64,000 nt of DNA from Alphaproteobacteria bacterium. GTDB lineage: Bacteria > Pseudomonadota > Alphaproteobacteria > UBA9219 > RGZA01. Of the stretch, positions 29,501 through 37,681 are shown in pieces. The DNA lies in contig JAKFVN010000005.1 of the NCBI GenBank assembly GCA_021732145.1, forward strand, positions 7,019-71,018. The letters run 5' to 3'. The translations under genes were made by a program, and so were the position numbers. Below the pieces are notes generated by a model. That model had not been told where the DNA came from and searched no databases. It saw only the letters and a program-made list of their open reading frames with translations. The first letter of the stretch is position 1. Every line of letters begins with the position of its first letter.

Positions 29501-30574
29501 AAATTCAAAGCATTTTTATTATCGGTCATTATTTCTCTCGTCCTGTTGTGCGTCCCGGCTTTTGCCAAGGATGCGCAACCTGCTGCACCTGCCAAAGCAC
29601 CCGTTGCGGCCGCGCCTGTTCAGGACAAAACCATTTTGCCGCCTAAAATCGCGCCGGATAAACTGCCAAAGAAAATCAAGCTGGCCGGCAGCGCCTATAT
29701 TCCGTTCAAGACATGGGATAGGGGCAAGGAAATTCAAGGGGGCGGATTTTTATTGCTGCCGCCTAATCTCATTATCGGTAAGGACAAGGTTCCGGTTGTC
29801 ATCATTATGCATGGCAGCAGGGGCGTGACGCCCGAGCATGAATATGTCTATGCGCGGGAATTGGTCGCGATGGGCGTGGCTGCCTTTGTGGTGGATAGTT
29901 ATACACCGCGCGGCATTGCCACGACGCATGAAAACCAGCGCCTTATCTCCATTCGCGACTTCACGCTCGATGCGTACCGCGCGCTTTATGAACTGCGCAA
30001 GGAACCGCGCGTGGATATCAGCAGGGCAGGGATTGTCGGCTTTTCCAAGGGCGCGATTATTTCATTGCTGACCGCAATGAATGTGAAACGCAATGAATTG
30101 CGCATTGATAAAAATTTGAAGTTTAAAGCGCATTATCTGTTTTATCCCGGATGCGTGCTGCATTACCGCGATAATTCAACAACCGGCGCGCCGATTACGT
30201 TCTTCCTTGGCGAAAAGGATACGTATACCGGCGTGAAGCCATGCGTGAATTTGTCGAACGAATTATTTGCCAATGGCGCAAAAACGCAGAGCATTATTTA
30301 CAAAGACGCCGTGCATGCATGGGATTTTCCCGGCGAAGAAGCGCACCCCGAAGCGGAAGTATTTATGAATTGTGATTTTTACCAGCAGCCCGATAACACA
30401 TGGATCGAAAAGAAATCCGGCGTGACGGGCATTCGGGGATTGGAAGGCCCCACTTATGAAAAAGCGCTGAAGGGTTGCCTGACCTTTGGCGAAGTTTCAA
30501 AAGAAAACGCGAAAGCCAATGCGCAATCGATGGCGGATTTCAAGCGCCTGGTGAAAGAGCAGCTTTTTAAATAG
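29501..30574 (+). CDS. secreted alpha/beta hydrolase (dienelactone-hydrolase-like)
   Basis: Signal peptide MKFKAFLLSVIISLVLLCVPAFA and nucleophile elbow GFSKG. I chose the ATG at 29501; the longer ORF from 29462 is less likely. Confidence 0.6.
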   Translation, partial: KFKAFLLSVIISLVLLCVPAFAKDAQPAAPAKAPVAAAPVQDKTILPPKIAPDKLPKKIKLAGSAYIPFKTWDRGKEIQGGGFLLLPPNLIIGKDKVPVVIIMHGSRGVTPEHEYVYARELVAMGVAAFVVDSYTPRGIATTHENQRLISIRDFTLDAYRALYELRKEPRVDISRAGIVGFSKGAIISLLTAMNVKRNELRIDKNLKFKAHYLFYPGCVLHYRDNSTTGAPITFFLGEKDTYTGVKPCVNLSNELFANGAKTQSIIYKDAVHAWDFPGEEAHPEAEVFMNCDFYQQPDNTWIEKKSGVTGIRGLEGPTYEKALKGCLTFGEVSKENAKANAQSMADFKRLVKEQLFK

Positions 30575-30617
30575 CGCCCGTTGCTAAGGGTGTTGCATCG
30601 CAACAGGTTATTCACAT

Positions 30618-30642
30618 GTTTTTTGGAAATTGCCCAAAAAAC
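30618..30642. promoter_or_regulatory. palindromic operator-like site gttttttgg-N7-ccaaaaaac upstream of the protease gene
   Basis: 9-bp inverted arms in an AT-rich intergenic region. Confidence 0.35.
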
Positions 30643-30729
30643 TGCTAAACACAAATCAAATTTGGCAATACGATTCAAAGCTTGTTCGTCGCACTTATAT
30701 ATATGTGTTCACATAGATAGGGTTATTAG

Positions 30730-32433
30730 TTGCTGGCACCCTTGGACAAAGTTTTAGCTTTTTCTCCCGCTGGTGCAGCGGCGCCTGCCAGCCGCCTAGA
30801 GCGAAGCAACGAAGCCAAATACAAAACTGGCAAAGAACTGGCAGAATTCTGCAAAAAGCATAATATTCCCCATGTGCTTGATGCCACCAGCATGGTGTTG
30901 CCAACGCGCGAATTGCAGGATTTGTTCAGCAAAGAATATCCAATTTCGTGGTTTCCGGATATTGGCCTGCGCCAGGAAGGTGCATCCACCGTTATTGCGC
31001 TGGAAAGCAAGAACAAGGACAGCCCCGATAGTCTGCACGGCCATGTGATGTCGGCGATTTCCGGTTATGTCGCCAAGAAATTGGGGATGGTGACGGATAG
31101 CGTTTATATCCAAGCCGACCCCGAACTGGAATACCGCGTGGCGTTTCAACCGGCATTGGTTGACCCCATGACCACGCTGCTCAAAGACCAAGGCGCGGCG
31201 GTTATTTCATCCTGCGTTGAATGGAATGACTTGTTTCTTGATTTTGGTCACAAGGCCGACAGCCAATACGAATTATTCTGGCATACAACGGCGTTTGCGT
31301 TTACTTCGGCTGGGAATAACGGCCTTTATGGGCCTGATGGCGATATTAAAGTTCCAACACAAAAGCACATGGCGTTTTGTCATGCGCCCCCGCTTGCCGC
31401 CAGTGTCGGCGCGGTGGAGTGGGGCGAACGTACGTCGATGCTGACCGAAGGTTTTTATATTCCGGGTTATAGCTCGGCAAATGGGCCGACATTCTTGGCG
31501 CCGGTTGCGCCGCTGGCCAAAGTGAAATGGAAAAATGACAAAGAACCGGAAGCGATTACTGGTTCATCCGCGGCAGAGCCTTATGCGGCGGGTGTGTTTG
31601 CGGCGCTGAACAAACGCTTTGGCCCATATTTAACGCGTGAACAGATTTTGTTCGCGGTGATTGCGACCTGCGATAAGACCACGCAGGTGCATAAATTCGA
31701 TAAGCAAACGCCGGATGATTACTCCATTATCTACAAGCCAAATGCGGCGGGGCATACTTTTAACGACGGGCCGGGCGGCTTTGGTATGATTAACCCATAC
31801 AAGGCGCATCGTTTATTGGCGCATATGGTTCTGTTGACACAGAACAATCCGGATTTAATTACCGAGCCAACGGAAGTACGCGCGGAATTGCCCATTCCAA
31901 AAAATCCTGCCAGCTATGCGGCGAAGGATGGTTTTTATTATTATGAGATTGAATTGCCAGCGGGCTATGCATTGAAGACCACGATTGAAGCGCAATTCAC
32001 CAACGCAGAGGGCGTTGATGTGGCGCATGGTCAATTGCGCATGACCAGCCCATCGGGAACGGAGTTTGCGATGGTGACCAGCCGTTCCTATAAGGATGGT
32101 GTGTTTAATGGTGTATCCACAACGCATGGCTTTACGGGCGAGCAAACCGCAGGCACATGGCGCGTGCGCAGCACCGAACCCATCAGCCATCTGCGCATTA
32201 GCGCGCATCGCTTCATGGAAGGCGATGTTGTTCATCAATTGGATATTAAACGGCTAATGAATACACCAGAGCCGTATATTCAGAATGCGGTGCCATTGGT
32301 TGAATTGAAAAATGATTTGCGCGCGGTGCAAACGGTTGCCATGCAACCGCGCCGTCCGCAGCATGCCGCAAAAGGGGCAGAAAGAATGCCTCATGCTTCT
32401 GCGTTTCCGCAGGTTGCTGTCGCAGCGATGTAG
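30730..32433 (+). CDS. subtilisin-like serine protease (peptidase S8) with a C-terminal beta-rich domain. The start codon is uncertain.
   Basis: Candidate Asp region HVLDATS, His motif LHGHVMSAISG, and Ser motif GSSAAEPYAAGVFAAL resembling GTSMAAPHVAG. Confidence 0.6.
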   Translation: MLAPLDKVLAFSPAGAAAPASRLERSNEAKYKTGKELAEFCKKHNIPHVLDATSMVLPTRELQDLFSKEYPISWFPDIGLRQEGASTVIALESKNKDSPDSLHGHVMSAISGYVAKKLGMVTDSVYIQADPELEYRVAFQPALVDPMTTLLKDQGAAVISSCVEWNDLFLDFGHKADSQYELFWHTTAFAFTSAGNNGLYGPDGDIKVPTQKHMAFCHAPPLAASVGAVEWGERTSMLTEGFYIPGYSSANGPTFLAPVAPLAKVKWKNDKEPEAITGSSAAEPYAAGVFAALNKRFGPYLTREQILFAVIATCDKTTQVHKFDKQTPDDYSIIYKPNAAGHTFNDGPGGFGMINPYKAHRLLAHMVLLTQNNPDLITEPTEVRAELPIPKNPASYAAKDGFYYYEIELPAGYALKTTIEAQFTNAEGVDVAHGQLRMTSPSGTEFAMVTSRSYKDGVFNGVSTTHGFTGEQTAGTWRVRSTEPISHLRISAHRFMEGDVVHQLDIKRLMNTPEPYIQNAVPLVELKNDLRAVQTVAMQPRRPQHAAKGAERMPHASAFPQVAVAAM

Positions 32434-32447
32434 GGGGAGTTAATCAT

Positions 32448-32625
32448 TGGAGCGGGGATGAGGATTCGAACCCTGTGCCGCTTTGCGGCACGTATAAATT
32501 TGTCGAGGGTTCCTGACAACTACCGCTAGCTCTCAATGGAGCGGGGATGAGGATTCGAACCCTGTGCCGCTTTGCGGCACGTATAAATTTGTCGAGGGTT
32601 CCTGACAACTACCGCTAGCTCTCAA
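32448..32625. repeat. two tandem 89-bp direct repeats (32448-32536 and 32537-32625). Each begins with a tRNA-Gly-3'-end-like segment and contains a perfect 7-bp hairpin gtgccgc-ttt-gcggcac.
   Basis: The two units are identical by eye. Their first roughly 27 nt resemble the T-arm and acceptor 3' end of the adjacent tRNA-Gly (tggagcggg...attcgaaccct). A manual fold of either unit into a full cloverleaf failed. Confidence 0.7.
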
Positions 32626-32700
32626 TGGAGCGGGCGAAGGGATTCGAACCCTCGACCCTAACCTTGGCAAGGTTATGCTCTACCCCTGAGCTACGCCCGC
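32626..32700 (-). tRNA. tRNA-Gly (anticodon GCC)
   Basis: The reverse complement GCGGGCGTAGCTCAGGGGTAGAGCATAACCTTGCCAAGGTTAGGGTCGAGGGTTCGAATCCCTTCGCCCGCTCCA folds as a cloverleaf with anticodon loop TTGCCAA. Confidence 0.9.
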
Positions 32701-32837
32701 TTCCTGTTGAGTGGCGCGATAATACGGAATACGCGCTACTTTGCAAGTATCTTTAATAAATGCCCTAAAACACTTGCCGTTAGGCCATAACTGCACCATC
32801 TTATAACCATTCAACAAACCTTTTAACGAATAGCCCC

Positions 32838-33773
32838 ATGCAATCGCCTGCACAATCACTTGCGCCTAATCCGCAAATCCCGAATGTCATCAAAGATGGC
32901 ACGACGGAGTCGTTCATGACGGATGTGATTGAGGCATCCCAGGAACGCCCCGTGATTGTGGATTTTTGGGCGGAATGGTGCGGCCCGTGCAAGCAATTAA
33001 TCCCATCACTTGAAAAAGCGGTGAAGGCACAAAATGGCAAGGTGCACCTCGTGAAGGTGAATGTTGACCAGAACCGTGAATTGGCTGCGGGCCTTCGCGT
33101 GCAATCCATCCCAGCTGTATTCGTGTTTTTCCAAGGCCAGCCAATTGACGCGTTTGTGGGTGCGCTCCCTGACAGCGAAATTAAAAAAATGGTAGATAGC
33201 CTTGCCAATGTGAACGCCAAAAACCCTGAAGGCGCAAATGTGGCATCGATGCTGAAACAGGCGGAAGGGTTTGTAGCAGAAGGTAAGCTCGACCACGCGC
33301 AGGCGCTGTATAGCGCCGTATTGGAAATTGAAGGCGAAAACGCCACTGCTTACACAGGTTTAATCAAGGCATTCCTCGCGGCCGATAATGCGGAAGAAGC
33401 GACGTATTTATATGAAAACGCACCCGATGCGGTGAAGGCCGATAAAGCGTGGGCATCGGTGCAAACCGCGTTTGAATTGAAGGAAAAAATGGCGAAGTCT
33501 GCGCTGGGCGCGGATGCAACGCGAGGTTTAAAGGCAAAGGTGGACGCAGAACCCACAAACCATCAGGCGCGGTTTGATTATGCGCTGGCGCTTTTTGCCG
33601 AAGGCAACCGCGAAAACGCAATAGATGAATTGCTGGAAATCATCAAGCGTGACCGCAAATGGAATGAAGAAGCTGCGCGCAAGGAACTGGTAACAATATT
33701 TGAAGCGCTAGGCCCGATGGATCCGTTGGTGATTGCGGCGCGCAAGCGCATGTCATCCATTTTGTTCGCGTGA
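32838..33773 (+). CDS. thioredoxin-domain protein with C-terminal TPR-like region (YbbN/CnoX-like co-chaperone)
   Basis: Thioredoxin active site WCGPC followed by a helical repeat region. Confidence 0.7.
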   Translation: MQSPAQSLAPNPQIPNVIKDGTTESFMTDVIEASQERPVIVDFWAEWCGPCKQLIPSLEKAVKAQNGKVHLVKVNVDQNRELAAGLRVQSIPAVFVFFQGQPIDAFVGALPDSEIKKMVDSLANVNAKNPEGANVASMLKQAEGFVAEGKLDHAQALYSAVLEIEGENATAYTGLIKAFLAADNAEEATYLYENAPDAVKADKAWASVQTAFELKEKMAKSALGADATRGLKAKVDAEPTNHQARFDYALALFAEGNRENAIDELLEIIKRDRKWNEEAARKELVTIFEALGPMDPLVIAARKRMSSILFA

Positions 33774-33782
33774 GAGGACATT

Positions 33783-34478
33783 ATGACGGATCCGACAAAA
33801 CCAAAAATTGCCGGAACACCGTTCATCACGCGGCCTGAAGATTTGCCGGAAATCATTCCCATTTTCCCGATGGCGGGCGTGTTGCTGCTGCCCGGTGGGC
33901 GTTTGCCGCTGAACATATTCGAGCCGCGCTATCTGGCGATGGTGGAAAACGCGCTGGCGCATAAGCGCATTTTTGGCATGGTGCAACCCACCGGCATTAA
34001 TAATCCCGATGGTTCATCGCAGGTGTTCAAGGTTGGCTGCGCGGGGCGCATCCACTCCTTCAATGAAACCGATGATGGCCGTTTGCTGATTAGTCTCGTT
34101 GGCGTTTGCCGTTTCCGCATTCGCGAGGAAGCCGACATGCAAAACGGCTTCCGCCGCGCCAAAGCCGAATGGGATGATTATTTGCATGACTTGACCGAAA
34201 CCTGCAAACCCGCCTGCGTTGACCGCGATAAACTGATGCAGCACATGAAATGCTACTTCAAATTGCAGGGCGTGGCAGGGGACTGGGATGTGATTGAAAA
34301 AACCAATGACAATAAGTTGATTACATCGCTGGCGATGATTTGCCCGTTCCAGCCAAGCGAAAAGCAGGCGTTACTGGAAGCCAAAACGATTGAAGAACGT
34401 TGCCGTTTATTGACAACGCTGATGGATATGGCATTGCTGGGCGAAGACGATGATGATTGCGATATGATAAAGCATTAG
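33783..34478 (+). CDS. Lon protease N-terminal (LON substrate-binding) domain protein
   Basis: [29 protein letters not shown] matches the Lon N-domain signature. Confidence 0.65.
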   Translation: MTDPTKPKIAGTPFITRPEDLPEIIPIFPMAGVLLLPGGRLPLNIFEPRYLAMVENALAHKRIFGMVQPTGINNPDGSSQVFKVGCAGRIHSFNETDDGRLLISLVGVCRFRIREEADMQNGFRRAKAEWDDYLHDLTETCKPACVDRDKLMQHMKCYFKLQGVAGDWDVIEKTNDNKLITSLAMICPFQPSEKQALLEAKTIEERCRLLTTLMDMALLGEDDDDCDMIKH

Positions 34479-34486
34479 GGGATAGC

Positions 34487-34693
34487 ATGAGCCAGAAGGA
34501 CGAATTGCCAAACACCCATACCCGCGTTGACCCGCGTTTGCTGGAAGTGTTGGTATGCCCCATTACCAAATCATCACTGCGCTATGACGCAGCGGCGCAG
34601 GAACTGATTTCCGATGCGGCCAAGCTGGCATTCCCCATTCGCGATGGCATTCCCATTATGTTGATTGATGATGCGCGCCGTATCGATGAGTAA
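34487..34693 (+). CDS. Trm112-family small protein
   Basis: [14 protein letters not shown]...[11 protein letters not shown] is the Trm112/YcaR-like motif. I chose the internal ATG at 34487. Confidence 0.6.
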   Translation: MSQKDELPNTHTRVDPRLLEVLVCPITKSSLRYDAAAQELISDAAKLAFPIRDGIPIMLIDDARRIDE

Positions 34694-34982
34694 AGAGCCT
34701 TGGCCAACCGATATTAAATTAAAGAAAAGCGAGAACACGCTTTCCATCACCTTTGATGATGGGAAGGTTTTGGTATTTAGCGCAAAGAACCTGCGTGAAA
34801 ACAGCCCATCTGCCGAAGTGCAGGGGCATGGTGGGCAAAAGCCAGAAGTTCATATTAATCCAAACGTGCGCATCGCCAGCATCGAAGCAGTGGGCAATTA
34901 TGCCGTGCGTATTTTGTTTGATGATGGGCATGCCACGGGCCTTTATAGCTGGGCGTGGCTTTATAATTTGAAAAAAGAATAA
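34686..34982 (+). CDS. DUF971-like protein (gamma-butyrobetaine-hydroxylase N-terminal-like)
   Basis: Conserved small-protein pattern. Start at ATG 34686, which overlaps the upstream stop. Confidence 0.5.
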   Translation: MSKEPWPTDIKLKKSENTLSITFDDGKVLVFSAKNLRENSPSAEVQGHGGQKPEVHINPNVRIASIEAVGNYAVRILFDDGHATGLYSWAWLYNLKKE

Positions 34983-34989
34983 ACGTTCA

Positions 34990-35086
34990 CGTCATTGCGA
35001 GGAGGGCGTTAGCCCGACGCGGCAATCCATTTTAAAATACGTTTAGTGTAAGGATTCTGGATTGCTTCGCTACGCTCGCAATGACG
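34990..35086. terminator. nested inverted repeat between convergent genes: outer arms cgtcattgcgag / ctcgcaatgacg, inner arms gcaatcca / tggattgc. Candidate bidirectional terminator or miniature-element remnant.
   Basis: 12-bp perfect outer arms at 34990-35001 and 35075-35086, and 8-bp inner arms at 35022-35029 and 35058-35065. Confidence 0.4.
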
Positions 35087-35089
35087 AAG

Positions 35090-36058
35090 TTACGCTGATT
35101 TACGCGGCGTGTTACTAGCATTATCCTCATCATCATAATCTTGCGCGAGCTCACGCGTTTCGATGAGGGTTTCTTCGGCTTTCTGCGCAGGTGATTTCTG
35201 GCGTTGTCCGCCTTTGCCGTTCTTATTCAATGCATCCAGCATCAATGAAATCATGCTGGTGGTGGTGTTAAAGAAAATGGTCGCATCGCTGATGCTGATA
35301 TGGGCATCGGCATTGTGCCCATTGGTATTAGTTAGGGCAGGGCGAATGCGGCCTTCGATATCGCTGAGCATTCCAACAATACGTGCATCAGGGGCATTGG
35401 GGTTCTTACCCTTGCTCATTGCAACGAGACGCGGCAGCGCTTCATGCCACAAAACGTCGGATTTGCTGGCGGTTCCGCCGCCAAAGGCTTCGCTGTACTT
35501 GCTGAGCAAATCTTCAGCTGCGCGTACCAAATGAAAGCAGCATGCGCTGGCAAGGCCGAATGCAAGGGCGCGGCCAGCCGCGCGAATATCGGCACGCACG
35601 CCCTGCGGCATGATGCGCAGGGTTTCTTCGGCAAATTGATTATCTGCATGTTCGGTCAGTTCATAGGTATCGAACAAGCCGCGCTTTGGCACCGTGAACA
35701 CGGCCTTGCGGCTCAGTTCGGATGCAAACGCGGTTTCAAATTTTTCAACGAGGGAGCGGAGCAGGGTAAGCTCGTGCGCATCAATCACTTCTTCGCGGCC
35801 GGGGAAACGGAATTGGCGCGTGTTCAAATCAATAAAGTTCTTATCAAAAATCGCGCCAAGCTTGTTCAGCAGCGCGTTGGCTTCTGGCTTTGAATGTTCC
35901 AGTTGAATGGGGTCGCCCTTGATCAGGGTGTCGAGCGCGGTTTGCGCTTCCATCAGCGGAACGAACATCTCCGCCGCGCCAACGGCAGTGCGGTTGGCGA
36001 CTACGCGATATAATTTCGCGCCGAGATCATAAAATTTATACTGGCTAATTGGGTTCAT
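35090..36058 (-). CDS. hypothetical protein (322 aa)
   Basis: Long ORF on the minus strand with no recognised motif. Confidence 0.5.
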   Translation of the reverse strand: MNPISQYKFYDLGAKLYRVVANRTAVGAAEMFVPLMEAQTALDTLIKGDPIQLEHSKPEANALLNKLGAIFDKNFIDLNTRQFRFPGREEVIDAHELTLLRSLVEKFETAFASELSRKAVFTVPKRGLFDTYELTEHADNQFAEETLRIMPQGVRADIRAAGRALAFGLASACCFHLVRAAEDLLSKYSEAFGGGTASKSDVLWHEALPRLVAMSKGKNPNAPDARIVGMLSDIEGRIRPALTNTNGHNADAHISISDATIFFNTTTSMISLMLDALNKNGKGGQRQKSPAQKAEETLIETRELAQDYDDEDNASNTPRKSA

Positions 36059-36426
36059 ATTTTTCTACTGGCCCACAACTTATATATGCCAAATGCGTTT
36101 TAAAATTGGTGCGCTCGCATAAGCTCGCGGGCGGCTTTGTCACCTTGCTGCTGAATCGAATTCAGCACCAAAATGGTCGCTCTGTTTAGCAAGCGCTCCG
36201 TAATCGAGGCAAGCAGAATGTTACGGTATAGCAAAGAAACAAGTGTATATTAACGTTTAGAGCATGGAGTGGACTAGTTGGTTTAGCGCAATAACCACGG
36301 TAGCTAAACGCCTCTTAACAAAAAAACATAAAAATACCTCTTTAGTTTCGCACCCGGCAGTGTATAACGCTGCACCGCACAAAATGTGGATAAGTTGTGG
36401 ATATAAACGGAACGGAAGTAACAGAG

Positions 36427-36699
36427 ATGAGTCAGCAACAACAACGTTTGAGATCAGTAGGCAGAGGCGTAGCAGAAACGCCAGACGCATATGCAGATCT
36501 GCATGCATATGATGCGCGCTCGCGGAGAACACCGCGCCCCGCAAATGATGCTGCATCCGTTCGTGTTGTGCGCGACGAAACACCAGTTCAGGAAATTGAA
36601 TTTGTTGCATCGGGTTCCGGCAACCAACAACAGCAGCAACGCATGCAACGCCAAGTGCAGCAACGCCATACCGGCGCATTGCTTACGCCGCGCACATAA
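36427..36699 (+). CDS. hypothetical Gln-rich small protein
   Basis: ATG with a GGAAG ribosome-binding site. Product MSQQQQRLRSV... contains a QQQQQ run. Confidence 0.35.
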   Translation: MSQQQQRLRSVGRGVAETPDAYADLHAYDARSRRTPRPANDAASVRVVRDETPVQEIEFVASGSGNQQQQQRMQRQVQQRHTGALLTPRT

Positions 36700-36738
36700 C
36701 AACCCCAAATAAAAAAGAGAAAGTAGTTAGTTAAGGTA

Positions 36739-37269
36739 ATGTCCAGTCAGCAGCAAGTACAAGTCCAGTCCCGTAAATTAGGCCAACGTGTTCGTACTAC
36801 CCCAGACAAACACGAAGTCGTATTATTCCCAGGCGTAACACGTGCGCCCGTGCCAGCAAAAAAAGAAGCGCCAATTCCAGCCGAGCAGCGCCGCATGGTA
36901 CAATTAGGTTTCCAAACCTATCAAACTGGAACCAGCCTTAAGGTTATTGCAGAAAATCTTGCGGAACTGGATGCCGCAATTCGCAATCCGGAAAATGAAA
37001 AATTGTACAAAGTTGATGAAGAAGATACCGGTTCAACGGTAAAAGGTGTTGCTCTGACAGCCTATGCCAATGCTTACCGCAACCTTGCCTATATTGCGCA
37101 GGATCTTGCGAACAAGGACAAGCATGAAGCGGCCAACGAATTGAAGGCCGTGTTAGCGAATTCCAAAGCGGATAGAGAGCGTCCTGTTGATATTCAACAA
37201 CAGCAGCGCCCAGACCCGAACCGTCAAGAAAAAGACAGACAAGCCGGCCAGCAGCAACCGCAGCTTTAA
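36739..37269 (+). CDS. hypothetical Gln-rich protein (176 aa)
   Basis: ORF whose N-terminus MSSQQQVQVQSRKLGQRV resembles that of the upstream small ORF. Confidence 0.4.
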   Translation: MSSQQQVQVQSRKLGQRVRTTPDKHEVVLFPGVTRAPVPAKKEAPIPAEQRRMVQLGFQTYQTGTSLKVIAENLAELDAAIRNPENEKLYKVDEEDTGSTVKGVALTAYANAYRNLAYIAQDLANKDKHEAANELKAVLANSKADRERPVDIQQQQRPDPNRQEKDRQAGQQQPQL

Positions 37270-37293
37270 TGAAGCCGATGAGTCATTAGGCGA

Positions 37294-37626
37294 TTAATGC
37301 TGATCGGCTTTTTGTGGTGCGCTGCCTGTAGGCGGCGTCGCAAATTGCGGATGTTCCTTCATCCATTTCTCGCGGCGTTCTTGCATGTTTTTTTCAAATG
37401 CCTTGCGTTCCTCCGGTGTCATTGCATCCAGCTTGGCTTTCATTATTTTTTGATGATCTTCAATTATCGCCTTCATTTGCTCGGTCGTTATGTTTTGCAT
37501 GGGAACGGGCTGCTGCTGTGCATCCGTCCTGGCGGCTACAGGCGGCACATTATTTTCAGCATGCGCCGCGCCGCATAGTAACAACCCGAATAAGGAAAGC
37601 AGGGCGAGCGATTTCAGATTGGTCAT
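37294..37626 (-). CDS. hypothetical periplasmic protein with a signal peptide
   Basis: MTNLKSLALLSLFGLLLCGAAHA signal peptide. A ribosome-binding site GGAG lies upstream of the ATG at 37626. Confidence 0.5.
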   Translation of the reverse strand: MTNLKSLALLSLFGLLLCGAAHAENNVPPVAARTDAQQQPVPMQNITTEQMKAIIEDHQKIMKAKLDAMTPEERKAFEKNMQERREKWMKEHPQFATPPTGSAPQKADQH

Positions 37627-37681
37627 GCAGACTCCATCAGTGAATTCAGTGAATTCACTCTGGCGCAAGCATATGGCTTTG

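Noticed and set aside
32448-32625. Possible CRISPR array, or two additional intact tRNA genes
   Set aside because: There are only two identical 89-bp units with no spacers, which is not CRISPR-like. A manual cloverleaf fold fails because the acceptor and T-stem complements are missing, so I treat them as tRNA-derived att remnants.
36150-36166. Hairpin gctgaat-cga-attcagc upstream of the 322-aa minus-strand gene, as a regulatory site
   Set aside because: It is a single short hairpin with no repeats or partner motif. That is too little to support a call.
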